Below are positions 8,573 to 14,698 of a DNA stretch of 62,363 nucleotides, one piece after another (within the stretch, counting starts at the first letter, position 1; every line of letters starts with the position of its first letter). The stretch comes from a virus. The translations under genes and the position numbers were made by a program. The notes below the pieces were generated by a model, which saw only the letters and a list, made by a program, of their open reading frames with translations, did not search any database and was not told the origin of the DNA. Location: the IMG/VR virus record IMGVR_UViG_3300045988_026745. One strand, 5' to 3'.

Positions 8573-8602
8573 TTCTCCTCAGCACCTTTGTAAGTTATTT
8601 GG

Positions 8603-8729
8603 TAAAAATAAAAGAGAATAGGATCTGGGCGCCGTTCTTTAATCCCGTCCTACGGGGAACCCTTTCATCCGGAGTCAAACCGGCCGTGTATCCATAATAG
8701 ATTTCCTGCCTCGTGGTCTCCTATTCTCT
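8603..8729 (-). ncRNA. GC-rich structured leader or small RNA ending in a T-tract (candidate attenuator/sRNA)
   Basis: On the minus strand it starts at the end of promoter module copy 3. An 11-nt 5' arm AGAGAATAGGA (8729..8719) pairs perfectly with TCCTATTCTCT (8623..8613), followed by TTTATTTTT. Inner hairpins: CCGG-TTTGACT-CCGG and CCCGT-AGG-ACGGG. It is a GC-rich outlier in an AT-rich region. Confidence 0.35.
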
Positions 8730-8756
8730 CATTAAACAACATGTAATTTTCGCGAG
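8726..8756 (-). promoter_or_regulatory. Conserved promoter-like module, copy 3
   Basis: Minus strand: CTCGCGAAAATTACATGTTGTTTAATGAGAG. Confidence 0.45.
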
Positions 8757-8813
8757 TTCGCGATACTCACTATTCCTCACTTTGTTCGAAAAGAAAATAT
8801 AAAAGAAAGAGGG

Positions 8814-9047
8814 CTAAGCCTCCTCCTCTAAGTTTGCCAATCTTGTAAGTTTCAATAAACTTGTCTCATCAATATCTGCATCCACGTCAATATGTAGATG
8901 TATCTTATCGTTAATCTTTTCAACAGATATACCATTAAGTTGAATATCTGCTTTTATACCCAACTTATTTGCTATAACTTTTGAAGCGATTTTAGCAACA
9001 ATACCTCTCATAAATTTTGTAGATATTTTAATTTTCATTTCGTCCAT
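8814..9047 (-). CDS. Hypothetical protein (77 aa)
   Basis: ORF track. A 'gaaggagaggtaaat' SD precedes the ATG. Confidence 0.7.
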   Translation of the reverse strand: MDEMKIKISTKFMRGIVAKIASKVIANKLGIKADIQLNGISVEKINDKIHLHIDVDADIDETSLLKLTRLANLEEEA

Positions 9048-9071
9048 ATTTACCTCTCCTTCTTATTGGTT

Positions 9072-9101
9072 TCTCATAATAGAAGTTGTAAAAATAACGA
9101 A
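9072..9101 (-). promoter_or_regulatory. Conserved promoter-like module, copy 4 (TATTAT variant)
   Basis: Minus strand: TTCGTTATTTTTACAACTTCTATTATGAGA. Confidence 0.35.
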
Positions 9102-9126
9102 AAGAAAGAGCCCTTGTTAGGACTCA
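9099..9126 (-). terminator. Intrinsic terminator after 9124..9492
   Basis: Minus strand: GAGTCC-TAACAA-GGGCTC hairpin followed by TTTCTTTTCGTTATTTTT. Confidence 0.6.
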
Positions 9127-9492
9127 TTCGAAGTAGAGAATTATAGTTCCTCCTACAACATCAATTTTTGTTTTATACATTTTTTGTTTCAACATATTTG
9201 CTACTTCCCGTACGGATAGTTTGCTTGTGAATCCATAGAATACTAAATCATTCATGGTGTACACATGTCCATTTGTACCTTTTGTTTCAATGTCATATGT
9301 GTATTCACCAAGACAATCCATTGCTCCTAATTCTTCTACAACTTTGTTTTTATCCGCACATAACTGAATTACAGCTAACCCTTTTCTACCTATTAAATAT
9401 AGCGTGCATCTATCATAGACTGGATGATTACAAGTATGTATTATTCCGAATACTGAAGAATATAGTTTTGGTTTCTCGTAATGATATCTCAT
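9124..9492 (-). CDS. Hypothetical protein (122 aa)
   Basis: ORF track. Starts MRYHYEKPKLYSSVFGIIHTCNHPVYDRCTLYLIG... Confidence 0.7.
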   Translation of the reverse strand: MRYHYEKPKLYSSVFGIIHTCNHPVYDRCTLYLIGRKGLAVIQLCADKNKVVEELGAMDCLGEYTYDIETKGTNGHVYTMNDLVFYGFTSKLSVREVANMLKQKMYKTKIDVVGGTIILYFE

Positions 9493-9540
9493 AAATCACC
9501 ACCTGGAAGTGTGTTCCACACCATTTCTTACTTTGTTCGA

Positions 9541-9600
9541 AAAACAAAAAAAAAAAAACGAAGACACCAAGTTTCCTCAGCGTCCCCGTTTGGTTTCGTA
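9541..9600 (-). terminator. Long hairpin + T13 terminator after 9602..9994
   Basis: Minus strand: ACGAAACCAA...TTGGTGTCTTCGT followed by 13 T (A13 on the plus strand at 9546..9558). Confidence 0.65.
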
Positions 9601-9601
9601 C

Positions 9602-9994
9602 TTACAACTTCATTTTCAAAGCATCTCTTAAACTAGCTTTCCCGGCTGTAGATGTAAGGACATCAACCTTTTCCCATTTCATAGAGAATAATCCCATTCC
9701 AACAGCAACTACTACAGGTAATACAAATTTACCAACCTCGATAAAGTTCTTAGTATTCCGATCCTTACGATCAAGCTCCATCTGATCTCGTTTGATCTGC
9801 TCATCCATATCATGGTTTGCAGCATCATTCTCAATCTGAAGCTCAATTCGTTCAAGCTCGGTTAACTGTTTCTCAATATCAGTTAATCGGTTCATTTGTG
9901 TTCTGTAAAGCTCCTTGTCTTTTACAGGATCAATATCAGAAAGGTACTCCAATTCCTTTTTCCATACATCTTTAAGTTCTGTTTTAAAGCTCAT
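9602..9994 (-). CDS. Coiled-coil protein with C-terminal TM helix (130 aa)
   Basis: ORF track. An 'aaaggaggattaaaa' SD precedes it. Hydrophobic helix: 'FVLPVVVAVGMGLF'. Confidence 0.75.
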   Translation of the reverse strand: MSFKTELKDVWKKELEYLSDIDPVKDKELYRTQMNRLTDIEKQLTELERIELQIENDAANHDMDEQIKRDQMELDRKDRNTKNFIEVGKFVLPVVVAVGMGLFSMKWEKVDVLTSTAGKASLRDALKMKL

Positions 9995-10027
9995 TTTTAA
10001 TCCTCCTTTAAAATTAGGGTTAATACG

Positions 10028-10058
10028 TTTCCATTAAAGACTATGTATTTTTTACGAG
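10028..10058 (-). promoter_or_regulatory. Conserved promoter-like module, copy 5 (overlaps the 3' end of 10052..10261)
   Basis: Minus strand: CTCGTAAAAAATACATAGTCTTTAATGGAAA. Confidence 0.4.
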
Positions 10059-10261
10059 TCGATTTTTTCTAAGATAATGAAGTCTTTTTTGAGTAAATCT
10101 TGATTAGGTGTAACTTTCATATTAATTTTGTAGAATCCAGTGTTATCCTCGTCGTATGGTTCGAGTGTAAAATGTCCATAAGCTGATGAACGTCGGACAC
10201 CTATCTTTGATACGATAATCCCTATAACTACACCTCCTAAGAAAACAAATAAATACAACAT
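10052..10261 (-). CDS. Small membrane protein (69 aa)
   Basis: ORF track. A 'taaggaggtagaagc' SD precedes it. Starts MLYLFVFLGGVVIGIIVSKI... Confidence 0.7.
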   Translation of the reverse strand: MLYLFVFLGGVVIGIIVSKIGVRRSSAYGHFTLEPYDEDNTGFYKINMKVTPNQDLLKKDFIILEKIDS

Positions 10262-10286
10262 GCTTCTACCTCCTTATAAAATACTT

Positions 10287-10316
10287 TTATCAAAAATCCC
10301 ACCCGGGGAATTTTTC
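10287..10316 (-). promoter_or_regulatory. Leader hairpin + T-run about 30 nt upstream of the RBS of 10052..10261 (attenuator-like)
   Basis: Minus strand: AAAAATTCCC-CGGGT-GGGATTTTTGAT. Confidence 0.35.
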
Positions 10317-10361
10317 ACTTTACAAATATAACTTTGTTTCCAGTCACCTACGTACGGATTT

Positions 10362-10396
10362 TAACCTAGATTAACCTTTGTTCTAACCTAGATTAA
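10362..10396. repeat. Direct repeat 'taacctagattaa' x2, 22-nt phasing (operator-like)
   Basis: Copies at 10362..10374 and 10384..10396, in the intergenic leader. Confidence 0.5.
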
Positions 10397-10427
10397 AGTT
10401 CAGTGCCCTCACATATTTTTACTACGT

Positions 10428-10470
10428 TTAAAAAATAAAAGAAAAAGACAAGACCCAATGTGGGCCTCAC
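10428..10470 (-). terminator. Intrinsic terminator after 10479..10835
   Basis: Minus strand: GGCCCA-CAT-TGGGTC hairpin followed by TTGTCTTTTTCTTTTATTTTTT. Confidence 0.6.
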
Positions 10471-10478
10471 CTTTGAGA

Positions 10479-10835
10479 TTAGTTTTCTTCGTTTTTGCAC
10501 ATGTCATCAATAGTCTTAAGTTTATCTTCTGACCACATAGGAGAATTCACTACGTCAATCACTGCTCTGTAGAAGTCTGGATTAGCATCTGTTCTAAGCA
10601 CTGCTACTGCTTTAGATTTGTCTTCCGAAAACATAGAACTGCGCATGATCGCTCTAACTGCATCGTCATATTTGACTGTACCAGTGTTATAGCGCATGAC
10701 ATCTAATTTTTCGATAGCTGTACTACTAAACAATACAACGCCAAGAATCGGGATTGCGTAATTCAAACCCTTTCTTCCGATTTCAACAATAGTGTCTACT
10801 CTTTCCTTGGTTACAATGTCCTTAATTCCTTTCAT
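10479..10835 (-). CDS. Membrane protein with internal 'S.M(F/W)SEDK.K' duplication (118 aa)
   Basis: Track ORF 10479..10952. I prefer ATG 10835 after 'aaaggaggtttttaac'. The longer form would run through a promoter module and a terminator hairpin. Confidence 0.7.
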   Translation of the reverse strand: MKGIKDIVTKERVDTIVEIGRKGLNYAIPILGVVLFSSTAIEKLDVMRYNTGTVKYDDAVRAIMRSSMFSEDKSKAVAVLRTDANPDFYRAVIDVVNSPMWSEDKLKTIDDMCKNEEN

Positions 10836-10858
10836 GTTAAAAACCTCCTTTGATTTTT

Positions 10859-10889
10859 TCTCATAATAGCCCTTGTTTAAGTCGCGAAT
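10859..10889 (-). promoter_or_regulatory. Conserved promoter-like module, copy 6 (TATTAT variant)
   Basis: Minus strand: ATTCGCGACTTAAACAAGGGCTATTATGAGA. Confidence 0.4.
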
Positions 10890-10890
10890 T

Positions 10891-11006
10891 AAAAATAAAA
10901 GAAAAAGTGTAAGTCTCTTGAGGGGCAAATTACTGCCATTCCTCAAGTTCAACTTACGTCTCCCAGGGTGTTGGGTGTTCTATAATTTGAACTATATCTT
11001 TCTCTC
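10891..11006 (-). ncRNA. Short promoter-to-terminator unit (candidate ~110-nt sRNA)
   Basis: Begins at the end of module copy 7. Contains a long hairpin GTAAG..CTTGAGG..GGCA-GTAATT-TGCC..CCTCAAG..CTTAC (10909..10957), followed by ACTTTTTCTTTTATTTTT. Module copy 6 comes next. Confidence 0.35.
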
Positions 11007-11033
11007 ATTAAAGAACATGTTATTTTCGCGAAT
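11002..11033 (-). promoter_or_regulatory. Conserved promoter-like module, copy 7 (near-consensus)
   Basis: Minus strand: ATTCGCGAAAATAACATGTTCTTTAATGAGAG. Confidence 0.45.
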
Positions 11034-11039
11034 CAGTTC

Positions 11040-11066
11040 AAATAAAAAGAGGACCGTTAGGCCCCC
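11040..11066 (-). terminator. Intrinsic terminator after 11057..11284
   Basis: Minus strand: GGGGGCC-TAAC-GGTCCTC hairpin followed by TTTTTATTT. Confidence 0.5.
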
Positions 11067-11284
11067 TTAAACTTGTCTAAATATAAAGCGTATTCCATCT
11101 CAACAATTATGTCTGTGATATTTTGTAATGTCTCTTTTACCTCAGTTAATGTCTCCAGTAATTCCTCTGACTTACATTCGTTCGTATCATTTTTTAAGTT
11201 ATCTACATCATACTCTAAAATATCAACAAGGCAATAAGCTAATCTTGCTTTATTCTGAAGCTCTCGTTTGACCCTTACATTCAT
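11057..11284 (-). CDS. Hypothetical acidic protein (75 aa)
   Basis: ORF track. ATGA start/stop overlap with the upstream small ORF. Confidence 0.7.
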   Translation of the reverse strand: MNVRVKRELQNKARLAYCLVDILEYDVDNLKNDTNECKSEELLETLTEVKETLQNITDIIVEMEYALYLDKFKGA

Positions 11285-11415
11285 TTCTCTTCCACCAACT
11301 CATCGTTTAATTCCTCACTAGCCTTGCCATGTTCTCTTAATGTCAATACTGCCTTTACCACACATCCAAATAAGATTGCTCCTGATATTACTGTTGTCAT
11401 TGTATCTTTCTTCAT
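11281..11415 (-). CDS. Small membrane peptide (44 aa), hand-called
   Basis: 'ggaggagacaaca' precedes the ATG. Translation: MKKDTMTTVISGAILFGCVVKAVLTLREHGKASEELNDELVEEK. Its stop overlaps the next ATG. Confidence 0.45.
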   Translation of the reverse strand: MKKDTMTTVISGAILFGCVVKAVLTLREHGKASEELNDELVEEK

Positions 11416-11433
11416 TGTTGTCTCCTCCAAATA

Positions 11434-11847
11434 TCAATCTCGTGATCCATCTAATAGCCAGAAGAACCGTCTGTACCTGTCATAGTACAAGTCTTTGCCA
11501 CACGGTATGTCCAACTTAGATTTTAAGTATGTATACGATAACCCCTCTGTGACCGCCTTTAAAATATAATCGTGTAAGTCCGCATCAGCCTCCTTAGCCA
11601 CTCGCTCAATTAACTCGATTCGTTCTAAATATCGCTCTCTACGTATCACCTCCTTAAAGGTTGGATCACTATGTATATTACTCTTATACAATATTTCATT
11701 TTTGAAATTTCTTATATTAGCAATATTATTGTATTCTTTCTTCCATTCTGGATACTGTAAGCAGAAATGTTTAAGTTCGTAATGTCGATGCTTATCTATC
11801 CAGTATTTATTCTTTCGAGAAATGTCCGGACGGATAACAGTAGCCAT
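11434..11847 (-). CDS. Putative phage transcriptional activator (ArpU/RinA/sigma-like), 137 aa
   Basis: 'YELKHFCLQYPEWKKEY...' together with the size recalls ArpU/RinA-type regulators. This is a recall-level call only. Confidence 0.4.
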   Translation of the reverse strand: MATVIRPDISRKNKYWIDKHRHYELKHFCLQYPEWKKEYNNIANIRNFKNEILYKSNIHSDPTFKEVIRRERYLERIELIERVAKEADADLHDYILKAVTEGLSYTYLKSKLDIPCGKDLYYDRYRRFFWLLDGSRD

Positions 11848-11975
11848 TACTTCTTAACACCTCTCTTATACTTATGGGAATCTTTTACGAGTTTGATGGT
11901 TGCTTTCTTTAATCGCTCTTTGTTCACCTCACCATGCACGTATATAGTAGCGTTCTTGAATCTGTATGTTTTCAC
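11847..11975 (-). CDS. Small basic protein (42 aa), hand-called, GTG start
   Basis: 'agaggtgatgattc' precedes the GTG. Translation: (M)KTYRFKNATIYVHGEVNKERLKKATIKLVKDSHKYKRGVKK. TAATG overlap with the next gene. Confidence 0.35.
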   Translation of the reverse strand: MKTYRFKNATIYVHGEVNKERLKKATIKLVKDSHKYKRGVKK

Positions 11976-11987
11976 GAATCATCACCT

Positions 11988-12293
11988 CTAAGATAAGAAA
12001 ATATCAATTGCTTCTAAATTAGTTAGATCTAAAAGTTCTTTAAGTTTGAGTGCATCGCCGATAGTAATTGCATCACTGCAACAGACCTTCTTACATAATT
12101 CGGCAGCTGTGTCAACATTTAAACTTTTTTCGAAAATCATAACTTTCAATTTATTTGCATCCAATGCACACACCTCTTTCTGATTGCGTTTCATGCAACA
12201 AGTAAAAGATAACATCATTCCAATTTTTCTGTCAATAGGTTTTTCGTGCATAAAATGCGAAATATCTAATCTAGGTTTGCTTTTTGTTTGCAT
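11988..12293 (-). CDS. Cro-like/early HTH protein, divergent from the repressor
   Basis: ORF track (101 aa). An alternative in-frame TTG at 12164, after 'agaggtg', would give a 58-aa Cro-sized protein and a ~180-bp switch region. Possible HTH: 'LNVDTAAELCKKV..SDAITIGDAL'. Confidence 0.6.
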   Translation of the reverse strand: MQTKSKPRLDISHFMHEKPIDRKIGMMLSFTCCMKRNQKEVCALDANKLKVMIFEKSLNVDTAAELCKKVCCSDAITIGDALKLKELLDLTNLEAIDIFLS

Positions 12294-12302
12294 ATGTGCA
12301 AA
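12287..12302. promoter_or_regulatory. Palindromic operator candidate in the repressor/Cro switch
   Basis: 'tttgca-tatg-tgcaaa'. Related half-sites 'tttcgtgca' (12242) and 'tttcatgca' (~12184) lie nearby. Confidence 0.4.
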
Positions 12303-12343
12303 TATTAATATATGATAATTGTTATTAGAAAGGAGACAAGATA

Positions 12344-12730
12344 ATGTCTATAGGAAAACGAATAAAAATGCTACGTACGAAAAGAGGTTTATCAATCGAT
12401 GATCTTGCAGCTAAGCTAGGTAAGAATAGAACAACTGTGTACAGATATGAGAATGGTGATATAGAGAATTTGCCATTGAGTATTCTTAATCCACTTGCTG
12501 ATGCTTTGGATACTACACCTGCTCATTTGATGGGTTGGGGTGATAAGGAAATGCTATCTACCAAAATATCAGATGGCAAAGAAGAAGCTGTATATTCGTC
12601 CGTAAACGAGACTTATGTGAAGCATGTAGAAGCTTGGCATAAGACATTTGGCATGGATCCTTTTACAGATGAGGAACATGAGAAATTAATGGAGTATGGT
12701 AAATTCTTAATCTCACAGAGACAAAAATAA
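12344..12730 (+). CDS. XRE-family (CI-like) repressor, 128 aa
   Basis: 'IGKRIKMLRTKRGLSIDDLAAKLGKNRTTVYRYENG' is a classic XRE HTH. An 'aaaggagacaagata' SD precedes it. It is divergent from the early operon and adjacent to the integrase. Confidence 0.85.
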   Translation: MSIGKRIKMLRTKRGLSIDDLAAKLGKNRTTVYRYENGDIENLPLSILNPLADALDTTPAHLMGWGDKEMLSTKISDGKEEAVYSSVNETYVKHVEAWHKTFGMDPFTDEEHEKLMEYGKFLISQRQK

Positions 12731-12854
12731 AAGAAAGTGTAGTCTTGTACAGTTCATTTCCTGCCCGAGAGTCGCTCGGTCTTATTTCTTATGTGACAGC
12801 ATCTCAGCTGCTGGGACTCTCACCCAGGACTCACTTCTGCTACTTCTTTCTCTC
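12731..12854 (-). ncRNA. GC-rich structured unit between repressor and integrase (candidate sRNA convergent with the repressor, or a bidirectional terminator)
   Basis: On the minus strand it follows module copy 8. Hairpins: CTGGG-TGAGAGT-CCCAG, CAGC-AGCTGAGAT-GCTG and CCGAG-CGACT-CTCGG. Closing pairing: AAGAAGTAG/CTACACTTTCTT. The TTTTATTTTTG tract overlaps the repressor's last codons. Confidence 0.3.
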
Positions 12855-12881
12855 ATAAAAGAGCATGTAAAATTAGCGAAG
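12850..12881 (-). promoter_or_regulatory. Conserved promoter-like module, copy 8 (points toward the repressor 3' end)
   Basis: Minus strand: CTTCGCTAATTTTACATGCTCTTTTATGAGAG. Confidence 0.4.
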
Positions 12882-12934
12882 GAGGTGATGCCAACTTATC
12901 CCCCTGGCAGTACATCATAGAAAGGAAGAACAGA

Positions 12935-14581
12935 ATGTATAAAGAATGTCCAAAGTTTTACAATTATGAAGTAAAAGAGTATGGAAGAAAGTCGCGTACG
13001 GACGACCCCTTACTCTCAACCGACGAAATACTCGAGAAGCACAGTAAGATTGTAGAGGAATATGCTGTTAAATATTTAGGCGGCCCAATCCCAGATGATA
13101 ACAAATATATGGAAGTAGCAAGTGGTGAATCACTTAAAGACCGTCCTGAGATAACTCGTTTGCTCAAAGATATAGAAGACCCTGCTGTCAAAGCTATAAT
13201 AGTAGTCGAGGTACAGCGTTTAAGTCGTGGCGACCTCGAGGATGCTGGTAGGCTTATAAGGTTGCTCAGATACACGAATACTTATGTAATCACTCCTATG
13301 AAAATATATGACTTACGTGATGAATATGATAGAGATGCATTCGAACGTGAGCTTAAACGAGGTAATGAATATCTTGAGTATTTTAAGAAGATTCAAGCTC
13401 GTGGTAGATTAGCAAGTGTTAAAGACGGTAACTATATTGGCTCAACGGCTCCTTATGGATTTGACCGTATAGAGAAATTTGAAGCTGATGGCAAGAAATC
13501 ATACCACACTCTAATCGAACGTAAGGACCAAGCTGATGTAGTCCGTATGATCTTTAACTGGTATTGCGAAGAAGATATAGGCGTTACAGCAATTTGTAGA
13601 AGACTTGAAGATATAGGAGCTAAGACTAAGACTGGCCAGAGTACCTGGAAACCAAGTATAATTTTCAGTATCTTAGAAAATCATCACTATATTGGCTGCA
13701 CACGTTGGAATTGGCGGAAAACTGTGAAAATAATTGAAGACCAAGAAATAAAGAAGTTACGTCCGAAGGCAAAAGTAGACGAGTTCTTATTATTCGAAGG
13801 AAAGCATGATGGTATTATCCCAGAAGAGCAATTTAACAAGGCTCGTGAAATTAGAGGTAAACGTCATAGGACTCGTAGGGACCTGACTCTTAAAAACCCA
13901 TTCAGTGGAATTATGTTCTGTAAGCGATGCGGTCATAAGATTGGTTATAACACTTACACTAGACATGGTATTGAATATGCTCCACCTAAACTCGTATGTA
14001 ATAACCAAGTACACTGTAAATCAGGTTCTGTAAAATATAGTGAAGTGTTTGAATACGTCCGTAGAGTCTTAAAAGACTGTATAAGCGACTTTGAAGTACG
14101 CATAGAGAATAACCAAGACGACTCGTTAAAACTCCATACAGACCTAATGGCCAGGCTCACAAAGCAACTTGCTGATCTCGAGAAGAAAGAATTGGAACAA
14201 TGGGATGCTCAGTACGACCCTGATCCAGCTAAGAGACTTCCTCAACATATCTTTGCCAAACTCAATGAGAAAGTGTTAAAAGAAAAAGAGGAAGTAAATA
14301 AAGCGTTAGCCAAAGCTAAAGACTCTGCTCCAAAACATATCAATTATCGAGATGAGTTAATTAAGACTAAAGATGCTCTGAGAATATTGGAAGATGTCGA
14401 ATTAGACGCTAAAACAAAGAATCAATATCTTAAAACAGTGATTTCTAAAATGGTGTACGAACGAGATCCAATTGTACAAATCACAAAAGACAATGCTGAG
14501 AAATATAACATGCAATCGTCCAAGGGTACAAAATACTATAACCCTCCCTATAAGATAACGATTGAGCTTAAGTGTGATTAA
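12935..14581 (+). CDS. int: Large serine recombinase (integrase), 548 aa
   Basis: N-terminal resolvase-type domain ('YGRKSRTDD', 'IIVVEVQRLSRGD'), a recombinase domain and a Cys-rich zinc-ribbon region ('FCKRCGHKIG...CNNQVHC') followed by a coiled-coil tail. Confidence 0.9.
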   Translation: MYKECPKFYNYEVKEYGRKSRTDDPLLSTDEILEKHSKIVEEYAVKYLGGPIPDDNKYMEVASGESLKDRPEITRLLKDIEDPAVKAIIVVEVQRLSRGDLEDAGRLIRLLRYTNTYVITPMKIYDLRDEYDRDAFERELKRGNEYLEYFKKIQARGRLASVKDGNYIGSTAPYGFDRIEKFEADGKKSYHTLIERKDQADVVRMIFNWYCEEDIGVTAICRRLEDIGAKTKTGQSTWKPSIIFSILENHHYIGCTRWNWRKTVKIIEDQEIKKLRPKAKVDEFLLFEGKHDGIIPEEQFNKAREIRGKRHRTRRDLTLKNPFSGIMFCKRCGHKIGYNTYTRHGIEYAPPKLVCNNQVHCKSGSVKYSEVFEYVRRVLKDCISDFEVRIENNQDDSLKLHTDLMARLTKQLADLEKKELEQWDAQYDPDPAKRLPQHIFAKLNEKVLKEKEEVNKALAKAKDSAPKHINYRDELIKTKDALRILEDVELDAKTKNQYLKTVISKMVYERDPIVQITKDNAEKYNMQSSKGTKYYNPPYKITIELKCD

Positions 14582-14610
14582 TTTAGGGAACATTTAAGCC
14601 CTGGTTCATA

Positions 14611-14645
14611 GGGATATACATGATACCGAAAGTGATATATCAAGG
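14611..14645. other. attP candidate (imperfect inverted repeat between the integrase 3' end and the lysis module)
   Basis: 'gggatatacatgataccgaaagtgatatatcaagg'. Its position matches the usual lysis-attP-int layout. No attB is available for comparison. Confidence 0.2.
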
Positions 14646-14655
14646 TTTGTTGAGT

Positions 14656-14697
14656 AAAAAGAAGAGGCCCTGTAGAATATACGGAGCCTCTTTTCTT
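14656..14697. terminator. Bidirectional terminator between convergent int and the late operon
   Basis: 'aaaaagaagaggc-cctgtagaatatacgga-gcctcttttctt': a stem flanked by an A-run and a T-run. Confidence 0.6.
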
Positions 14698-14698
14698 A

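Noticed and set aside
8640-8668. Resemblance of 'GGTTCCCCGTAGGACGGGATTAAAGAAC' (minus strand) to a CRISPR repeat, with a type I-E/I-C-like hairpin plus handle. This would imply a solitary-repeat RNA anti-CRISPR. I also considered partial resemblance to guanidine/ykkC-type riboswitch strings.
   Set aside because: It is a single occurrence, no host repeat is available for comparison, and the similarity is loose. The motif order does not fit the riboswitch consensus I remember. I kept it only as an unclassified structured RNA.
10836-10952. N-terminal extensions of track ORFs. The cases are 10479..10952, 59416..60093, 51949..52656, 56348..56593, 44397..44867, 15586..17775, 36701..38575 and 6178..6402.
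   Set aside because: The extensions run through promoter modules or terminators, or overlap the upstream gene by 50-160 nt. In each case an internal ATG with a well-spaced GGAGG-type SD gives a tidy gene boundary.
6749-12881. The recurring 31-nt module as a possible CRISPR array or MITE.
   Set aside because: Copies are 0.1-3 kb apart with genes between them. They share orientation with the genes, have no regular spacers and no terminal inverted repeats or target-site duplications.
12964-14593. Minus-strand ORFs antisense to the integrase gene (12964..13275, 13790..14014, 13954..14160, 14402..14593).
   Set aside because: The integrase frame carries clear serine-recombinase motifs. The antisense ORFs lack SD sites and any recognisable features.
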